Shown piece after piece: positions 1 to 10,800 of a stretch of DNA of 64,000 nucleotides (position 1 is its first letter; the number at the start of each line of letters is the position of its first letter). The stretch is from contig DATISF010000069.1 in NCBI GenBank assembly GCA_035468985.1, positions 18,059-82,058 on the forward strand, read 5' to 3'. This DNA comes from Thermoanaerobaculia bacterium. Lineage in GTDB: Bacteria; Acidobacteriota; Thermoanaerobaculia; Gp7-AA8. The notes beneath the pieces are model-generated. The model ran no database searches and was not told where the DNA came from. It worked only from the letters and a program-made list of their open reading frames with translations. Position numbers and translations under genes: made by a program.

Positions 1-39
1 GGAACGATTCTCGGCGCTTACGCCGTCCTCACCCGCGAG

Positions 40-2280
40 ATGGCGCGGAACTATCTCGGCACCTCCCCCGCCGAGGCCACGATCAAGGTTCAGGGTGAGA
101 TCACGCCGCGGCTGGTGGCCGAGGTCCGGGGGCTCGACGGCGTCTCCATCGCCGAGCGGCACGCGACCCTTCTCGGCCGGATGAAGATTGACCAGGATTG
201 GTTTCCGGCGCTGTTCTTTGTCGTCGATGATTTCCGAGACCTGCGCACCAATCGCTTCACGCGCGTGTCGGGCGCGTGGCCGCCTCCCGAAGGAACGATG
301 CTCATCGAGCGCACCGCGCGCGTGACCATGAAGAGCGATCAGGGCGGATCGGTCATGGTCAAGACGCCGTTCGGTGAGCCGCATCGTGTTCCGGTCTCCG
401 GAATCGTTCACGATCCCGGTCTCGCCCCCGCTTGGCAGGAACAGGAAGGCTACATCTACGTCACGCTCGCCACCGCCCGCTCCCTCGGCGAGCCGATCGG
501 ATTCGACGAGTTGCGCGTCCGGTTCAACGATCCGCAAGCCTCGATGCAGCAGATCGAAACCGGGGCGCTGGCGGTGGCCAGGTTCGTGCAAAGCCGCGGA
601 AACGCCGTCCACGAAATCCAGATCCCTCCGCCGCGCAGGCATCCCCATCAGGCGCAGATGGAGGCGATCCTCACGCTCTTCCTCGTGTTCGCGTTTGCGA
701 CGCTCGTCCTCAGCGCAATCCTCGTCGCTTCGTCGCTGGCGACATTGATGACGCGCCAGTTGCGCGAGATCGGCGTGATGAAGGCGGTCGGCGCCGATTC
801 GAAGCAGATCGCATCGATGTACCTGCTGTCGCAGGCCATCATCGCCGCGGCGGCGACCGCCGTCGGCGTTCCGCTGAGCAGGCACACGGCCGGGCTCATG
901 ATCGGAAAGATCGGCACGATCCTCAATCTGAATATCGTCGACGGCTCGATTCCGTTCTGGGTGACGCTCATTCAGGTTGCCTCCGGACTGCTCGTGCCGC
1001 TGCTCGTCGCCGCAATTCCGGTCTGGCGTGGCAGCATCGTCACCGTTCGCGAAGCGCTCGTCAGTTACGGCGTGTCGGACCGTGGAGTGCCGCATCCACC
1101 GGCGCGCGTTCCATCGCTCGCGTTGAGGAACGTGTTTCGTCAACGGGGGCGGCTGGTGATGTCATTGGCGCTGCTCGCATCCGGCGGCGCTCTCTTCATG
1201 ACGGCGCTCAACGTCTCGAAAGCGTGGCAGATCAATCTGGAAAAGATCTCCCGCTTCCGCCATTACGACGTCGAGATCCGGCTCAATCGCCCGCTGCCGT
1301 CGGCTCCCACGCTCCATGCGGTCGGCGAGATCGGCGGCGTCAGAAACGCCGAGGCGTGGCAGTCCTTCCCCGCCTCGTTTACGCGGGAAGTTCCTTACGA
1401 TGTGGCTCACGTTTATCCGGACAAGGGTCACGGCTCATTCATCGTCCTCGGCGTTCCGGACGGTACGCGACTGGTGTCCTTCCCTCTCCTCGCGGGTCGT
1501 TGGATCGAAGCGACCGACGCGCCTGAAATCGTGCTCAATCACACCGCACGTGCTCTGGCGCCGCGGCTCGCGATCGGAGGCACGGTGCGACTCAACGTTG
1601 ACGATCGACCGACCGAATGGAAGCTCGTCGGGTTCGTCGAGGACCTCGGATCGACCGGTGCGACGGCATACGTTCCCGCGAACGCGCTGGCTCACGCGAC
1701 ATCATTCGATCCGGGAACCACGAACATGATCCGCGTCGCGTTCAACGATCGCGGCCTGGGACCGGTGCTCCGAAAGACCAGAGACGTCGAAGCCGCACTG
1801 GGTCCCGACGCGCACATCAACATCTCGCTGCCGATGACGCTGATCAAGAACGCGATCGCCGAGCACATGTCCGTGTTGATCTCGTCGCTTCTGGCGTTGT
1901 CGGTGCTGATGGCCATCGTCGGCGGGTTCGGCCTGGCGGCAACGATGAGCATGAGCGTTCTCGAGCGGACGCGCGAGCTCGGCGTGATGCGCGCGATCGG
2001 TGCGACTCCGGCGGTTACCGCCCGCATCGTCGTCGCGGAAGCGCTCGCCATCTCGGCCATGAGCTTGGGAATTGCGTTTGCCGCCGGCAGTGCAATTTCG
2101 TTCTACATGGGACGGCTGATCGGAGCGATGGCGTTCAAGACTCCGCTGCCGATGACGATCTCCGCCACCGGCGTGGCGCTCTGGATCGTGATCCTGGTGA
2201 TCGGTTCGGCAGCGGCGACCGCACTCCCTGCGCTTCGCGCCAGCCGCTTGACGGTGCGCGAGGCGCTGGCCTACGCCTGA
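40..2280 (+). CDS. ABC transporter permease, MacB/FtsX-like with two FtsX domains
   Basis: 746-aa ORF with two FtsX-type permease modules (LVFAFATLVLSAILVASSLATLMTRQLREIGVMKAVGA... and C-terminal SVLERTRELGVMRAIGATPAVTARIVVAEAL) separated by a large extracytoplasmic domain. Reading frame is open back to nt 1, so the true start may lie upstream of the window. Confidence 0.75.
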   Translation: MARNYLGTSPAEATIKVQGEITPRLVAEVRGLDGVSIAERHATLLGRMKIDQDWFPALFFVVDDFRDLRTNRFTRVSGAWPPPEGTMLIERTARVTMKSDQGGSVMVKTPFGEPHRVPVSGIVHDPGLAPAWQEQEGYIYVTLATARSLGEPIGFDELRVRFNDPQASMQQIETGALAVARFVQSRGNAVHEIQIPPPRRHPHQAQMEAILTLFLVFAFATLVLSAILVASSLATLMTRQLREIGVMKAVGADSKQIASMYLLSQAIIAAAATAVGVPLSRHTAGLMIGKIGTILNLNIVDGSIPFWVTLIQVASGLLVPLLVAAIPVWRGSIVTVREALVSYGVSDRGVPHPPARVPSLALRNVFRQRGRLVMSLALLASGGALFMTALNVSKAWQINLEKISRFRHYDVEIRLNRPLPSAPTLHAVGEIGGVRNAEAWQSFPASFTREVPYDVAHVYPDKGHGSFIVLGVPDGTRLVSFPLLAGRWIEATDAPEIVLNHTARALAPRLAIGGTVRLNVDDRPTEWKLVGFVEDLGSTGATAYVPANALAHATSFDPGTTNMIRVAFNDRGLGPVLRKTRDVEAALGPDAHINISLPMTLIKNAIAEHMSVLISSLLALSVLMAIVGGFGLAATMSMSVLERTRELGVMRAIGATPAVTARIVVAEALAISAMSLGIAFAAGSAISFYMGRLIGAMAFKTPLPMTISATGVALWIVILVIGSAAATALPALRASRLTVREALAYA

Positions 2281-4397
2281 ATCTTGAAGTCGTGATTGAC
2301 CGGCAATTCGCGAATGCGACGGCCGGTCAATCGCGACAACGCGTTGACCACCGCGGGCGCGAACGGACAGACCGTCGGCTCGCCCAGGCCGTGTGGGCGC
2401 TCGTCGCTGCTCTCGACGATGTGGGTCTCGATCACCGGCGGCGTGTCCTCGATCATCGCCACAGGAAAATCCGCGTAGTTCGTCTCCACGACCGCCCCGT
2501 TCCTCATGGAGATGCCGCTCTTCATGTTGGAAAGCGACCAGAGGATGCCGCTCTCGACCTGCTGTGCGACGCCGAGCGGATTCACGGCCACTCCACAGTC
2601 GACGGCGCAAACGACGCGTTCGATCTTGAAGGGACGCTTCTTCAACGAGACGTCGACGATGTACGCGATGCTGGTCCCGGTGTGGAAGACGTTTGCGGCC
2701 ACACCACGGGCCGCTCCGCCGGCCGCGGTCTTCGGCCAGCCCGAGCGCAACGCCACTTCTTCGAGAACTCTGCGCAGCCGGTTGTCCGGGTTGAGCAGAG
2801 CGAGGCGGAGTCGAATCGGATCCTGCTTCGTCTCCTGCGCAATCTCGTCGATGAAGCATTCGCGCGCGAACACCGAAGACGGCGAGAACACCGCGCGCCA
2901 CGGCCCGATCGGCACCGGCGCATCGACCACCGCGTACGACATCTCCGCCGACGGCATAACGTACGGCGTGTCGGACACCCCCCAAGCGGAATCGCTCAGA
3001 TACTCGGGATCAGAAAGCTCCTTCGCGGTCGGCTTCGAACGCGCGTTGTGCGGCGTGCTCGCCTTCCGGTGCTCCCACGCAACGACGCTGCCTTTCTCGT
3101 CGAAGCCCGCCGAAAGACGATGCGCCGACGCGGCTTGAAAGTAGCCGTGGCGCATGTCGTCCTCACGCGACCAGACCAGCTGCACGGGCTTCCCCTTCAC
3201 GCGACGCGCGACCTCGACCGCTTCCCGATCGAAATCGACGCCGAGACGCCGTCCGAAGCCGCCTCCCACGAGCGTGACGTGAACCGTGATGGCCGATTCG
3301 GGAATACCGAGGATTTCGGCAGCTGCGGTCTGGACCGTGTTCGGGGCCTGCGTCGGCGACCAGATCGTGGCCTTGTGGCCATCGACAAGAGCGGTGCAGT
3401 TCACCGGCTCGACCGAAGCATGGGCCGCGAACGGATAGAGATACGTCGCGTCCATCCTGCGGCTCACTTTGTCGAACGCTGTCCTCCCCTCGCCGTCCTT
3501 GCGGATCGTGATTCCCGGCGTCTCGACGGCGCGCTGGAGCGCGGCGCGATGCTCGCGATCGTCGAATGATGCGTGAGGGCTCTCCGACCAGATCACGTTC
3601 AGCGCGTCACGACCGCGCATCGCGGCCCACGTGTTCGTGGCCACGACCGCGACGCCGCTCGGGATCTGAACGACGTCGACGACATTGGCGACATTCTTTG
3701 CCGCGTCCCGATCGAAGGACACCACCGTCGATCCGAACCGCGGAGCACGCGCCACCACCGCGCGCAGCATTCCCGGAACACGCACGTCGAGTCCGTATCG
3801 CGCCCGCCCGCACACGATGTCCGGGCCGTCGATGCGCGCAGCCGCGTGGCCGATGATCCGGAACGATTTCCGATCCTTGAGCGACGGCTTCTCCGGAACC
3901 GGCTGCTGCGACGCCGCCGGCGCCAGCTCGCCGTAGCCGAGCCGGCGATCGGATCCCGGATCGATCACCATGCCGTCACGCGTGGTCAGCTTCGCCGGAT
4001 CGAGGTTCCATCGCGCGGCCGCGGCGGCCACGAGCATCATCCGCGCCGTTGCACCAGCCTGACGCAACGGATTCCACAAGCTCATGATGCTGCTGCTTCC
4101 GCCGGTGCCGAGCCGGCGAAACTCGGGAGAAGGCGACGCCTGCTCGAGCCGGACAGAATGCAGCGGCACATCGAGCTCCTCCGCCACGATCATCGGTAAC
4201 GATGTCCGCACGCCCTGCCCCATCTCGGTCTTCCCGACGCGGACCACGACGGTGCCATCCCCACCGATCGACAGCCACGCGTTCGGCTCGAACCGCTTCG
4301 GCAGACCTTCGGATGCATCTCCGAAACGGACGCCGAGGACGAGCGCGCCGCCACCCGCGGCAAGAAGTCTGATGAACGAACGGCGATCGGTCTTCAC
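2271..4397 (-). CDS. Molybdopterin-binding oxidoreductase large subunit (xanthine dehydrogenase family, IorB/CoxL-like) with Tat signal
   Basis: About 708 aa from the proposed GTG start at 4397. Twin-arginine motif DRRSFIRLLAAGGGAL near the N-terminus and a long aldehyde oxidase/xanthine dehydrogenase-type body. A GTG start at 4397 overlaps the upstream gene's TGA (GTGA); the ORF track offers an alternative start at 4460. Confidence 0.8.
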   Translation of the reverse strand: MKTDRRSFIRLLAAGGGALVLGVRFGDASEGLPKRFEPNAWLSIGGDGTVVVRVGKTEMGQGVRTSLPMIVAEELDVPLHSVRLEQASPSPEFRRLGTGGSSSIMSLWNPLRQAGATARMMLVAAAAARWNLDPAKLTTRDGMVIDPGSDRRLGYGELAPAASQQPVPEKPSLKDRKSFRIIGHAAARIDGPDIVCGRARYGLDVRVPGMLRAVVARAPRFGSTVVSFDRDAAKNVANVVDVVQIPSGVAVVATNTWAAMRGRDALNVIWSESPHASFDDREHRAALQRAVETPGITIRKDGEGRTAFDKVSRRMDATYLYPFAAHASVEPVNCTALVDGHKATIWSPTQAPNTVQTAAAEILGIPESAITVHVTLVGGGFGRRLGVDFDREAVEVARRVKGKPVQLVWSREDDMRHGYFQAASAHRLSAGFDEKGSVVAWEHRKASTPHNARSKPTAKELSDPEYLSDSAWGVSDTPYVMPSAEMSYAVVDAPVPIGPWRAVFSPSSVFARECFIDEIAQETKQDPIRLRLALLNPDNRLRRVLEEVALRSGWPKTAAGGAARGVAANVFHTGTSIAYIVDVSLKKRPFKIERVVCAVDCGVAVNPLGVAQQVESGILWSLSNMKSGISMRNGAVVETNYADFPVAMIEDTPPVIETHIVESSDERPHGLGEPTVCPFAPAVVNALSRLTGRRIRELPVNHDFKIQA

Positions 4398-4861
4398 CGG
4401 CCACCTCCGTTCTTCGCCGCGGCGAGGGCCGCCTTGCGAATGCGCGGATACGAACCGCACCGGCAGACGTGATCGGAAAGCGATTCATCGATCTGGGCCA
4501 CGGTCGCGCTCGGGTTGCCGTGCAGCAGCGCCCGAATCTCGAGCATCATTCCCGGCTGGCAATACCCGCACTGCGCGACGTCCTCGTTCAGCCACGCGAT
4601 CTGGATCGGATGCCTGCCGTCGGATGAGAGTCCTTCGATCGTCGTGTACTTCTTTCCCGCGGTCGCGCCGAATGCGATCTGGCACGAACGAACGGCCACT
4701 CCGTTCTCGAGGACCGTACACGCGCCGCAGACGCCGGCACCGCAGCCGTACTTCGTTCCCGTCAGATCGAGGAGATCGCGCAGGACCCAGAGCAGCGGCA
4801 TCTCATCGTCGGCATCGACGCGATGAACGGTCCCGTTGACCGTGATCACACGCTCAGGCAT
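4394..4861 (-). CDS. (2Fe-2S)-binding small subunit of molybdo-oxidoreductase (IorA-like)
   Basis: 155 aa. Motifs CGCGACGAC TVL and CQPG / CRCG are typical of the [2Fe-2S] subunit of the xanthine dehydrogenase family. Coupled to the downstream large subunit. Confidence 0.85.
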   Translation of the reverse strand: MPERVITVNGTVHRVDADDEMPLLWVLRDLLDLTGTKYGCGAGVCGACTVLENGVAVRSCQIAFGATAGKKYTTIEGLSSDGRHPIQIAWLNEDVAQCGYCQPGMMLEIRALLHGNPSATVAQIDESLSDHVCRCGSYPRIRKAALAAAKNGGGR

Positions 4862-4956
4862 GCGCTCAAGCTATCTCCGACTGAGTTGCAAGACGCAACA
4901 AATCATTGACGAATCTCCCTACGAACGAAGCGGCCGCAGCCCGTGTTGTTCCGTTC

Positions 4957-5796
4957 ATGAACATACTGACCGCTCCCACGAGCCTCGGGAACCGGCCCTA
5001 TGAAGCCGACGGCACCGCACGATGGACAGACCACGGGCCGGCGCGGCTTCGCCAGCAGGGAATTCTCGCGCGGCTGCACGGCCGCGATCTCGGCGATGTG
5101 CCGGCCGCGCCGTACCGCGACTTCGTGCGCCCGCCGGGCGGCATCCGCAATGAGGATCTCATCCTCGATCACGTGCGCACTATCGCTCGCGTGCTCGAGA
5201 AGCAGAGCGGCTTCACGCTGATCCTGGGCGGCGACTGCAGCGTGCTCCTCGGCAGTCTCCTCGGACTGTCGCGGGGACGCGACCTCGGACTCGTCTACAT
5301 CGACGGCCACTCCGACTTCAACACGACAGAGACGACGAAGACCGGCGCCGTGGCCGGGATGGATCTCGCGCTCGCCACCGGCCGCGGATCCTCGGAACTG
5401 GCGCGGCTGCGGGGCCCGCACCCGCTCGTCCGCGACGAACACGTCGTGACCGTGGGCGTGCGGGATCACGGCGGACCCTTCCGGGAGGCGAACTTTCCTT
5501 CTGCCACGACGGCATCCGAGGTGCTCGATCACGTCGGCGGACGCGAGTTCTTCATCCATCTCGACGTCGACGTGCTCGACCCGTCATTCATGCCGTTCGT
5601 CGATTCGCCGGAACCGGGCGGACTCGACCCGGAGGCGCTCACCGCGATTCTCACGCCGCTCGTCCGTCATCCGAACGCCGTCGGCATGGAGATGACGATC
5701 TACGACCCCCGGTACGATCATGACAGCCGCGGCGCAGCGACGCTGACCGAGATTCTGGAAAGTGCGTTCGGGGTAAGAGCGCTCAGCTTCACCTGA
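4957..5796 (+). CDS. Arginase/agmatinase/formiminoglutamase family hydrolase
   Basis: Mn-binding signature blocks of the ureohydrolase family (GGDCSV, DGHSDFNT, HLDVDVLDP). Start placed at the ATG encoding MNILTAP; the ORF track offers an upstream alternative start. Confidence 0.8.
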   Translation: MNILTAPTSLGNRPYEADGTARWTDHGPARLRQQGILARLHGRDLGDVPAAPYRDFVRPPGGIRNEDLILDHVRTIARVLEKQSGFTLILGGDCSVLLGSLLGLSRGRDLGLVYIDGHSDFNTTETTKTGAVAGMDLALATGRGSSELARLRGPHPLVRDEHVVTVGVRDHGGPFREANFPSATTASEVLDHVGGREFFIHLDVDVLDPSFMPFVDSPEPGGLDPEALTAILTPLVRHPNAVGMEMTIYDPRYDHDSRGAATLTEILESAFGVRALSFT

Positions 5797-5886
5797 CCGC
5801 GTCGTCGCGCAGCAGCCCCGCCGACCCCGGCCTTCGCGGCGGTGGCGCGGCGGCCGGACAACAACTAGGGCACCTCTGAACAAGCC

Positions 5887-5981
5887 GTCATCCTGAGTCG
5901 GCGAAGCGCGACGAAGGATCTCAGGATGCGAAACCGCCTGCCATTTGGAGATCCTTCGCCGTCTTCGCGGCTCAGGATGAC
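5887..5981. repeat. Structured imperfect inverted repeat (REP/MITE-like element) in a 640-nt noncoding gap
   Basis: Arm 5887-5922 (gtcatcctgagtcggcgaagcgcgacgaaggatctc) pairs with arm 5948-5981 (gagatccttcgccgtcttcgcggctcaggatgac). The 9-mer catcctgag/ctcaggatg occurs three times (5889, 5920, 5971), allowing alternative nested hairpins. Confidence 0.5.
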
Positions 5982-6410
5982 GTGAACAACGACTTGCGCA
6001 GAGTTCCCTGGCTTCCGTGGCCGCCAACAGTCCCGCCAACCATCCTCAACTTCTTCAACGCACTCTCGCCGGCGAAGAAGGGCAAGGCCTCGGACCGGAA
6101 TTCAACTCCAGAAGCTGTGCCGCCTGTCATGCCCAGGCATTCGGCGGCACCAGCCCTTCGGTCAACCCTCAGGTTGGGGATGCCACTTCATCGCCGTTCC
6201 TGTACGGATCATCATCGGGAAGAACGGGAAAGTGCGCCACGTGCATGTGATCAGTTCATTTCCGGATCAGGCGGTGAGGATCACGGACGTACGGATGCAA
6301 TGAACATCCAAGCCGTACCTGCGGGACGGGCAGCCGGGTCGAAGTCGAGACGGGGATGATGTTCGGGTCGTTGCAAGCGCGTCCGGAATTGGCATCCCAA
6401 TGATTAGAAC

Positions 6411-6437
6411 GTAGGGCCGACTCTCAGTCGGCCCTAC
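6411..6437 (-). terminator. Stem-loop overlapping the MaoC stop codon, candidate intrinsic terminator
   Basis: Perfect 11-bp stem gtagggccgac/gtcggccctac with 5-nt loop. On the minus strand it is followed by GUUCUAAUCAUU (moderately U-rich). Confidence 0.35.
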
Positions 6438-6850
6438 TCCCGCAGCAGCCCTGCTTCGCAAGTGCCTTCGATCACACGCTGACCGGCCTCGTTCTCGATC
6501 CATGAATCGATCGTCAGGCGGTGCTTGGCACGATCGACGGACCGCACGACGAAATGCGCGGTCACGGTCTCGCCGATGGGAACGGGCAGCAGGAAGCGGA
6601 TCGTTTGCGAGCGGTAGATCGCGCCGGGGCCGGGCAGCAGCATGCCCACCATCGTCGAGAGGATCGAGGCGGTGAGCATTCCGTGCAGAACGCGGCCGCC
6701 GAACCGCGTACTTCTCGCGAACTCCTCGTCGACGTGCAGCGGGTTCGTGTCGCCGGTGATCTCGATGAACCGCTGCACGTCGTCTTCCGTGAAAGTCTTG
6801 CTGAGGATGACGTGCTGGCCGGGCTCGAAGTCCTCGATGCGCGCGATCAC
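6434..6850 (-). CDS. MaoC-like (R)-hydratase / hotdog-fold dehydratase
   Basis: 138 aa. Motifs ITGDTNPLHVDEEFA and FGGRVLHGML are typical of the MaoC dehydratase hotdog fold. Confidence 0.85.
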   Translation of the reverse strand: MIARIEDFEPGQHVILSKTFTEDDVQRFIEITGDTNPLHVDEEFARSTRFGGRVLHGMLTASILSTMVGMLLPGPGAIYRSQTIRFLLPVPIGETVTAHFVVRSVDRAKHRLTIDSWIENEAGQRVIEGTCEAGLLRE

Positions 6851-7674
6851 AGTTTGCCGAGGAGAGATTTCCAGCGGGTCCAGGCTTCGTCGCGCGCTTT
6901 CTTGTTGCCGGCGTAGGCGTCGCGCATCTTCTGTTCCGCTTCGGCGGCAGGCGGCGGCGCATCGCCCGCGCGCATGAAGCCGTGGCCGGCGCCTTCATAG
7001 GTGACGACATCGTAGGACTTGCCGGCGGCCTTCATGAGCTCCTGCGATTTCGGCACCGTGGCATCGACCCGCGCGTCGTTGCCCGCATAGAAGCCGTAGA
7101 CCGGCGCCTTGATCGCGGCGATCGCTTCGGGCGACTCAGGGCCGGTGCCGTAGAACACGAACGCCGCGACGAGCGACGGCCTGTTCGTTGCGAAGCGGAA
7201 CGACTGCGTTCCTCCCCAGCAGTACCCGGTGACGGCGACCTTCCCGTTCGCCGCGGGGAGTTTGGCCACATAGTCGGCCACCGCGTTCAGATCAGCGGTG
7301 ATCTGGTCCGTCGGCAGGTCGCGGATCGCCTTACCGACACCATTCGCCTCGGTGATCGAGCTCGTTCCGCCGCCGTTCGGTCCCATGCCCGACAGCAGAT
7401 CGGGCGCGATGGCGATGTAACCGGCATCGGCCAGCTCGTCGGCGAGCATCTGGACCCAGTCGGTCATGCCGAAGATCTCGTGGATCACGACCACGGAGGT
7501 GGCCTTGTTCTTCACTTCGGGGTAGACGACGAACGCGCTCACCGTGCGGTTGCCCGATTTGACGTTCACCCACTCGCGGTGGCGGGGCGATTTCTCGAGC
7601 GCCTGCTTCGCCCAATCCTGGCCGAATGCAGCAGTCGCGAAGACAAGACCGATCAAGAGCAGAGACGTCCTCAT
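6847..7674 (-). CDS. Dienelactone hydrolase family protein, secreted
   Basis: Signal peptide MRTSLLLIGLVFATAAFGQ with an RBS-proximal ATG at 7672-7674. The body matches the dienelactone hydrolase family (VVVIHEIFG..., GYCWGG nucleophile elbow, C-terminal GAGHGF). The 4-nt overlap with MaoC suggests an operon. Confidence 0.8.
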   Translation of the reverse strand: MRTSLLLIGLVFATAAFGQDWAKQALEKSPRHREWVNVKSGNRTVSAFVVYPEVKNKATSVVVIHEIFGMTDWVQMLADELADAGYIAIAPDLLSGMGPNGGGTSSITEANGVGKAIRDLPTDQITADLNAVADYVAKLPAANGKVAVTGYCWGGTQSFRFATNRPSLVAAFVFYGTGPESPEAIAAIKAPVYGFYAGNDARVDATVPKSQELMKAAGKSYDVVTYEGAGHGFMRAGDAPPPAAEAEQKMRDAYAGNKKARDEAWTRWKSLLGKL

Positions 7675-7810
7675 GTTTCCTCCGATGGTGGAAATCTTAG
7701 GACATGCCGGCTCGCACATGTGTATTCAATTTTGTTTCCGTTCATTGATTTCGCGCCGTGTACCCTGTCCGCGCTGTAACCGCGTCCACGGTTCCCGCAC
7801 CTAAGTCCCG

Positions 7811-10800
7811 ATGCTTTGTGAGCTCCACCCTCGGGGAGACCTCGAGGACATCATTGAAGTCATGAGCGACGGCGTAGTTGCCGTCGATGAACAGGGACGT
7901 ATTCTCTTCTGTAACCGGGCGTTGACAGAATTGCTCGGCTGGTCGGAACGAGATCTTGCGGGGAAGGCCTTCCAGCAATACTTCGGCGTTCTGCCGGAGG
8001 GGAAGGGTCACACGGTTGCGCCGGCCAGACGCAAGAACGGCACGCGAACACGCATCACGGTCACGCGGTTCGGCCGCCGCCTCTTTCTGATTCGCGACCT
8101 CGAGACGGACAGCTACTCCGGAGCCTGGTGGCAGCTCCTCTCCGACGCGGTGGCCACGAAATCCGGCGCGGAGTTCTACTCCTCACTGGTTCAGGAGTTG
8201 ACGCGCATTCTGCCCGTCGATGCGGCGCTCGTTGCCGACACGGCGGCGGGACGTCCCGGACACGCACAAACGCTCGCGTTCAGCATGGACGGCAGACTGC
8301 TCGATTCAACGAGCTATCCGTTGGCCGGCGGGCCGTGCGATGGCGTGGCCCGCGGTGAGTTCTGCTGGTACGAAACGGGCGTGGCAACGCTGTTTCCGCA
8401 CGCTGAGCTGCTGACGGCCGAACGGATCGAGAGCTACGCCGGCGCGCCGCTCATCGACGCCACAGGATCGACGATCGGCCTTCTGGCGGTGATGAGCCGG
8501 AGTCCGTTCCGGCGGAGCCGCTCCGTGGAATCCATTCTTCGGGTGATCGCGCAACGCGTCACGAGCGAACTGGAACGCCAGCACACGGAGCGGGCACTCC
8601 GCGAAAGCGAGGAGACCTACCGCGTCCTCACGGAATCCGCCACGGACGGCATCGCCAGCGTCGATGAGGAAGGCACGATCATCTTCGCCAACACGGCCAT
8701 GGCGCGAATCTTCGGCCGGGAAGTTGCGGAACTGCACGGGCTGAACCTGACCGCATTGATGCCGGAGAGGTCCCGGCAACGATGGGATCGATTCGAGAAG
8801 TGCCTGGCCGCATTGCAGCGGAGCGGCGAGTGGAAGACCGTGCGGGCGCTCGGCGCGAGAAACGACGGTCACGAAGTTCTCCTGGAGATCTCGCTCGGAA
8901 AATCGTCCGTGCAGGGGAAAACGCAATTCACCGGCATTCTGCGCGACATCACCGAGCGCAGCGAGCGCGAGGGGACGCTGCAGGCCAAAACCCAGCGGCT
9001 CGAGCTGATCAACGGCGTGCTCTCCGATCTCGACACGCGGCAGCCTGTCGAAGTCATCGTGGAACGCGTCGTTCGCCGGCTCAACATCGCCTTCCCGGAA
9101 TATCGCGTTGCATTCGGAACGCTCGGAGCCACCGGCACGCTGACGATGATCGCCTCGGCGGGCCCTGAGAACATGCCGCCCCTGCGCGGCGTGCAGGTCG
9201 ATCTGTCGCATGTTCCCGACTACATGGATTTGCTGAGCCACGGCAACGTGGTCGTGGCCGAGGACACCACGAGCGACTCACGTCTGCGGGTCCTGACGCG
9301 CACGATGAATACCGGCCTGGCCCGCGCTGTGGTCGATGTCCCCGTCGACGACTCGGGCACACTCGCCGGCATTCTCTGTTTTGGTTCACCGTCGCCGCAT
9401 CGCTGGACCACCGACGAGATCGAGACGCTGGAGGAGATCGCGAAGATCCTCTCGATGGCCATCCACGAATCGCGCATTGAGGCGGAACATCGCGCCGCCG
9501 CCGAGCAGGTGCGGCGGAACGAAGAGCGCTACCGCTCCCTCATCGAGTCGGTCCACGCCATCGTCTGGCGCGGCATCGCCGGCGAATCGCGCATCACCTT
9601 CGTCAGCAAGGAGGCCGAGTCGATCCTCGGCTATCCGGTCGCGCAGTGGGTCAGCGATCCGATGTTCTGGCCGAATCACCTCCATCCGCATGACCGTGAG
9701 CGGGCCCTGTCGGTTTGCAGAACGAAGAAGGGCGCGCAGGGATCGCACGAGCTCGAATACCGGATGATCGCCGCGGACGGCCGTACCGTCTGGCTCCGCG
9801 ACATCGTCCACGTCGTACCCGACGGACAGGTGTTCGGCGTGATGATCGACGTCTCCGAGCGCAAGAAGCAGGAAGAGCAGCAGGGAATCCTCGAGGACGC
9901 GATCCGCCGCGCGGCGGCCGAGTGGCGCATGACGTTCGATGCCGTCCAGACGCCGATCATCGTCACGGACAGCGATCGCAACGTGAGCCGGCTCAATCGT
10001 GCCGCGGCGGAGTTGACCGGAAGAAACTACGAGTTCATCGGCAGGCCGCTCGAATCCTTCGACGGGGAGCCGTGGACGACGGCGGCGCGGCTGACCAGAA
10101 CGGTGATGCAGACCGGAACGCCCGCCTCTGCGGAAGCGCGCGACGGCGGCGGACAGATCTGGGAGGTCAGCGCATCGCCATCGGCGCGGCCCGGCGAAAG
10201 CACCTCGCATGTCATCGTGGTGATGTGGGACGTCACCGGCGTGGTCGACCTGCAGGCGTCGCTCCGGCGCAGCGAAGCCATGTCGGCGATGGGCTCTCTC
10301 GTGGCCGGCGTCGCGCACGAGGTCAGAAACCCGCTCTTCGGCATCTCCGCGACCATCGATCTCTTCGAAGAGGCCACCGGATCCGAGTACGCCGAGTACG
10401 CGACCGTGCTGCGGCGCGAGCTGAATCGCCTGGCCCGGCTCATGACCGATCTCCTCGATTACGGGCGGCCGCAGAGCCTGGAGATGACGCCGATCGATCT
10501 TCAGTCGCTGGTGGCCGAGGCGATCGGCGCCTGCCACGCCGAAACGCAGAAGGCTTCGGTGCGCATTGACGTCCACCATGCCGGCAGACTGTCCCAGATC
10601 CCGGCCGACGCGCAACGGTTGCGGCGCGTGTTCGTCAACCTGATCGAGAACGCGGTGCAACACTCTCCCGCCGGCGGCGATGTCACGGTGCACCTGCGCG
10701 AAGAGGAGTGGGACGATCGCCGCTGGCTGCGCTGCGACGTTGCCGACCGCGGCCCGGGCTTCCGGTCCGAGGACATCTCGCGCGTCTTCGAGCCGTTCTT

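Noticed and set aside
432-1526. 364-aa Arg/Pro-rich ORF (and similar 1617-3569, 1702-2985) overlapping the ABC permease and oxidoreductase genes
   Set aside because: Alternative-frame ORFs typical of high-GC DNA. Extreme Arg/Ala/Pro/Gly composition; they overlap well-supported genes with recognisable domains.
5797-6433. Checked the long gap and the 62236-62461 lower-GC gap for tRNA/ncRNA genes
   Set aside because: No cloverleaf-compatible sequence (no GTTC-type T-arm with matching acceptor stem) was recognisable; only the inverted-repeat element is reported.
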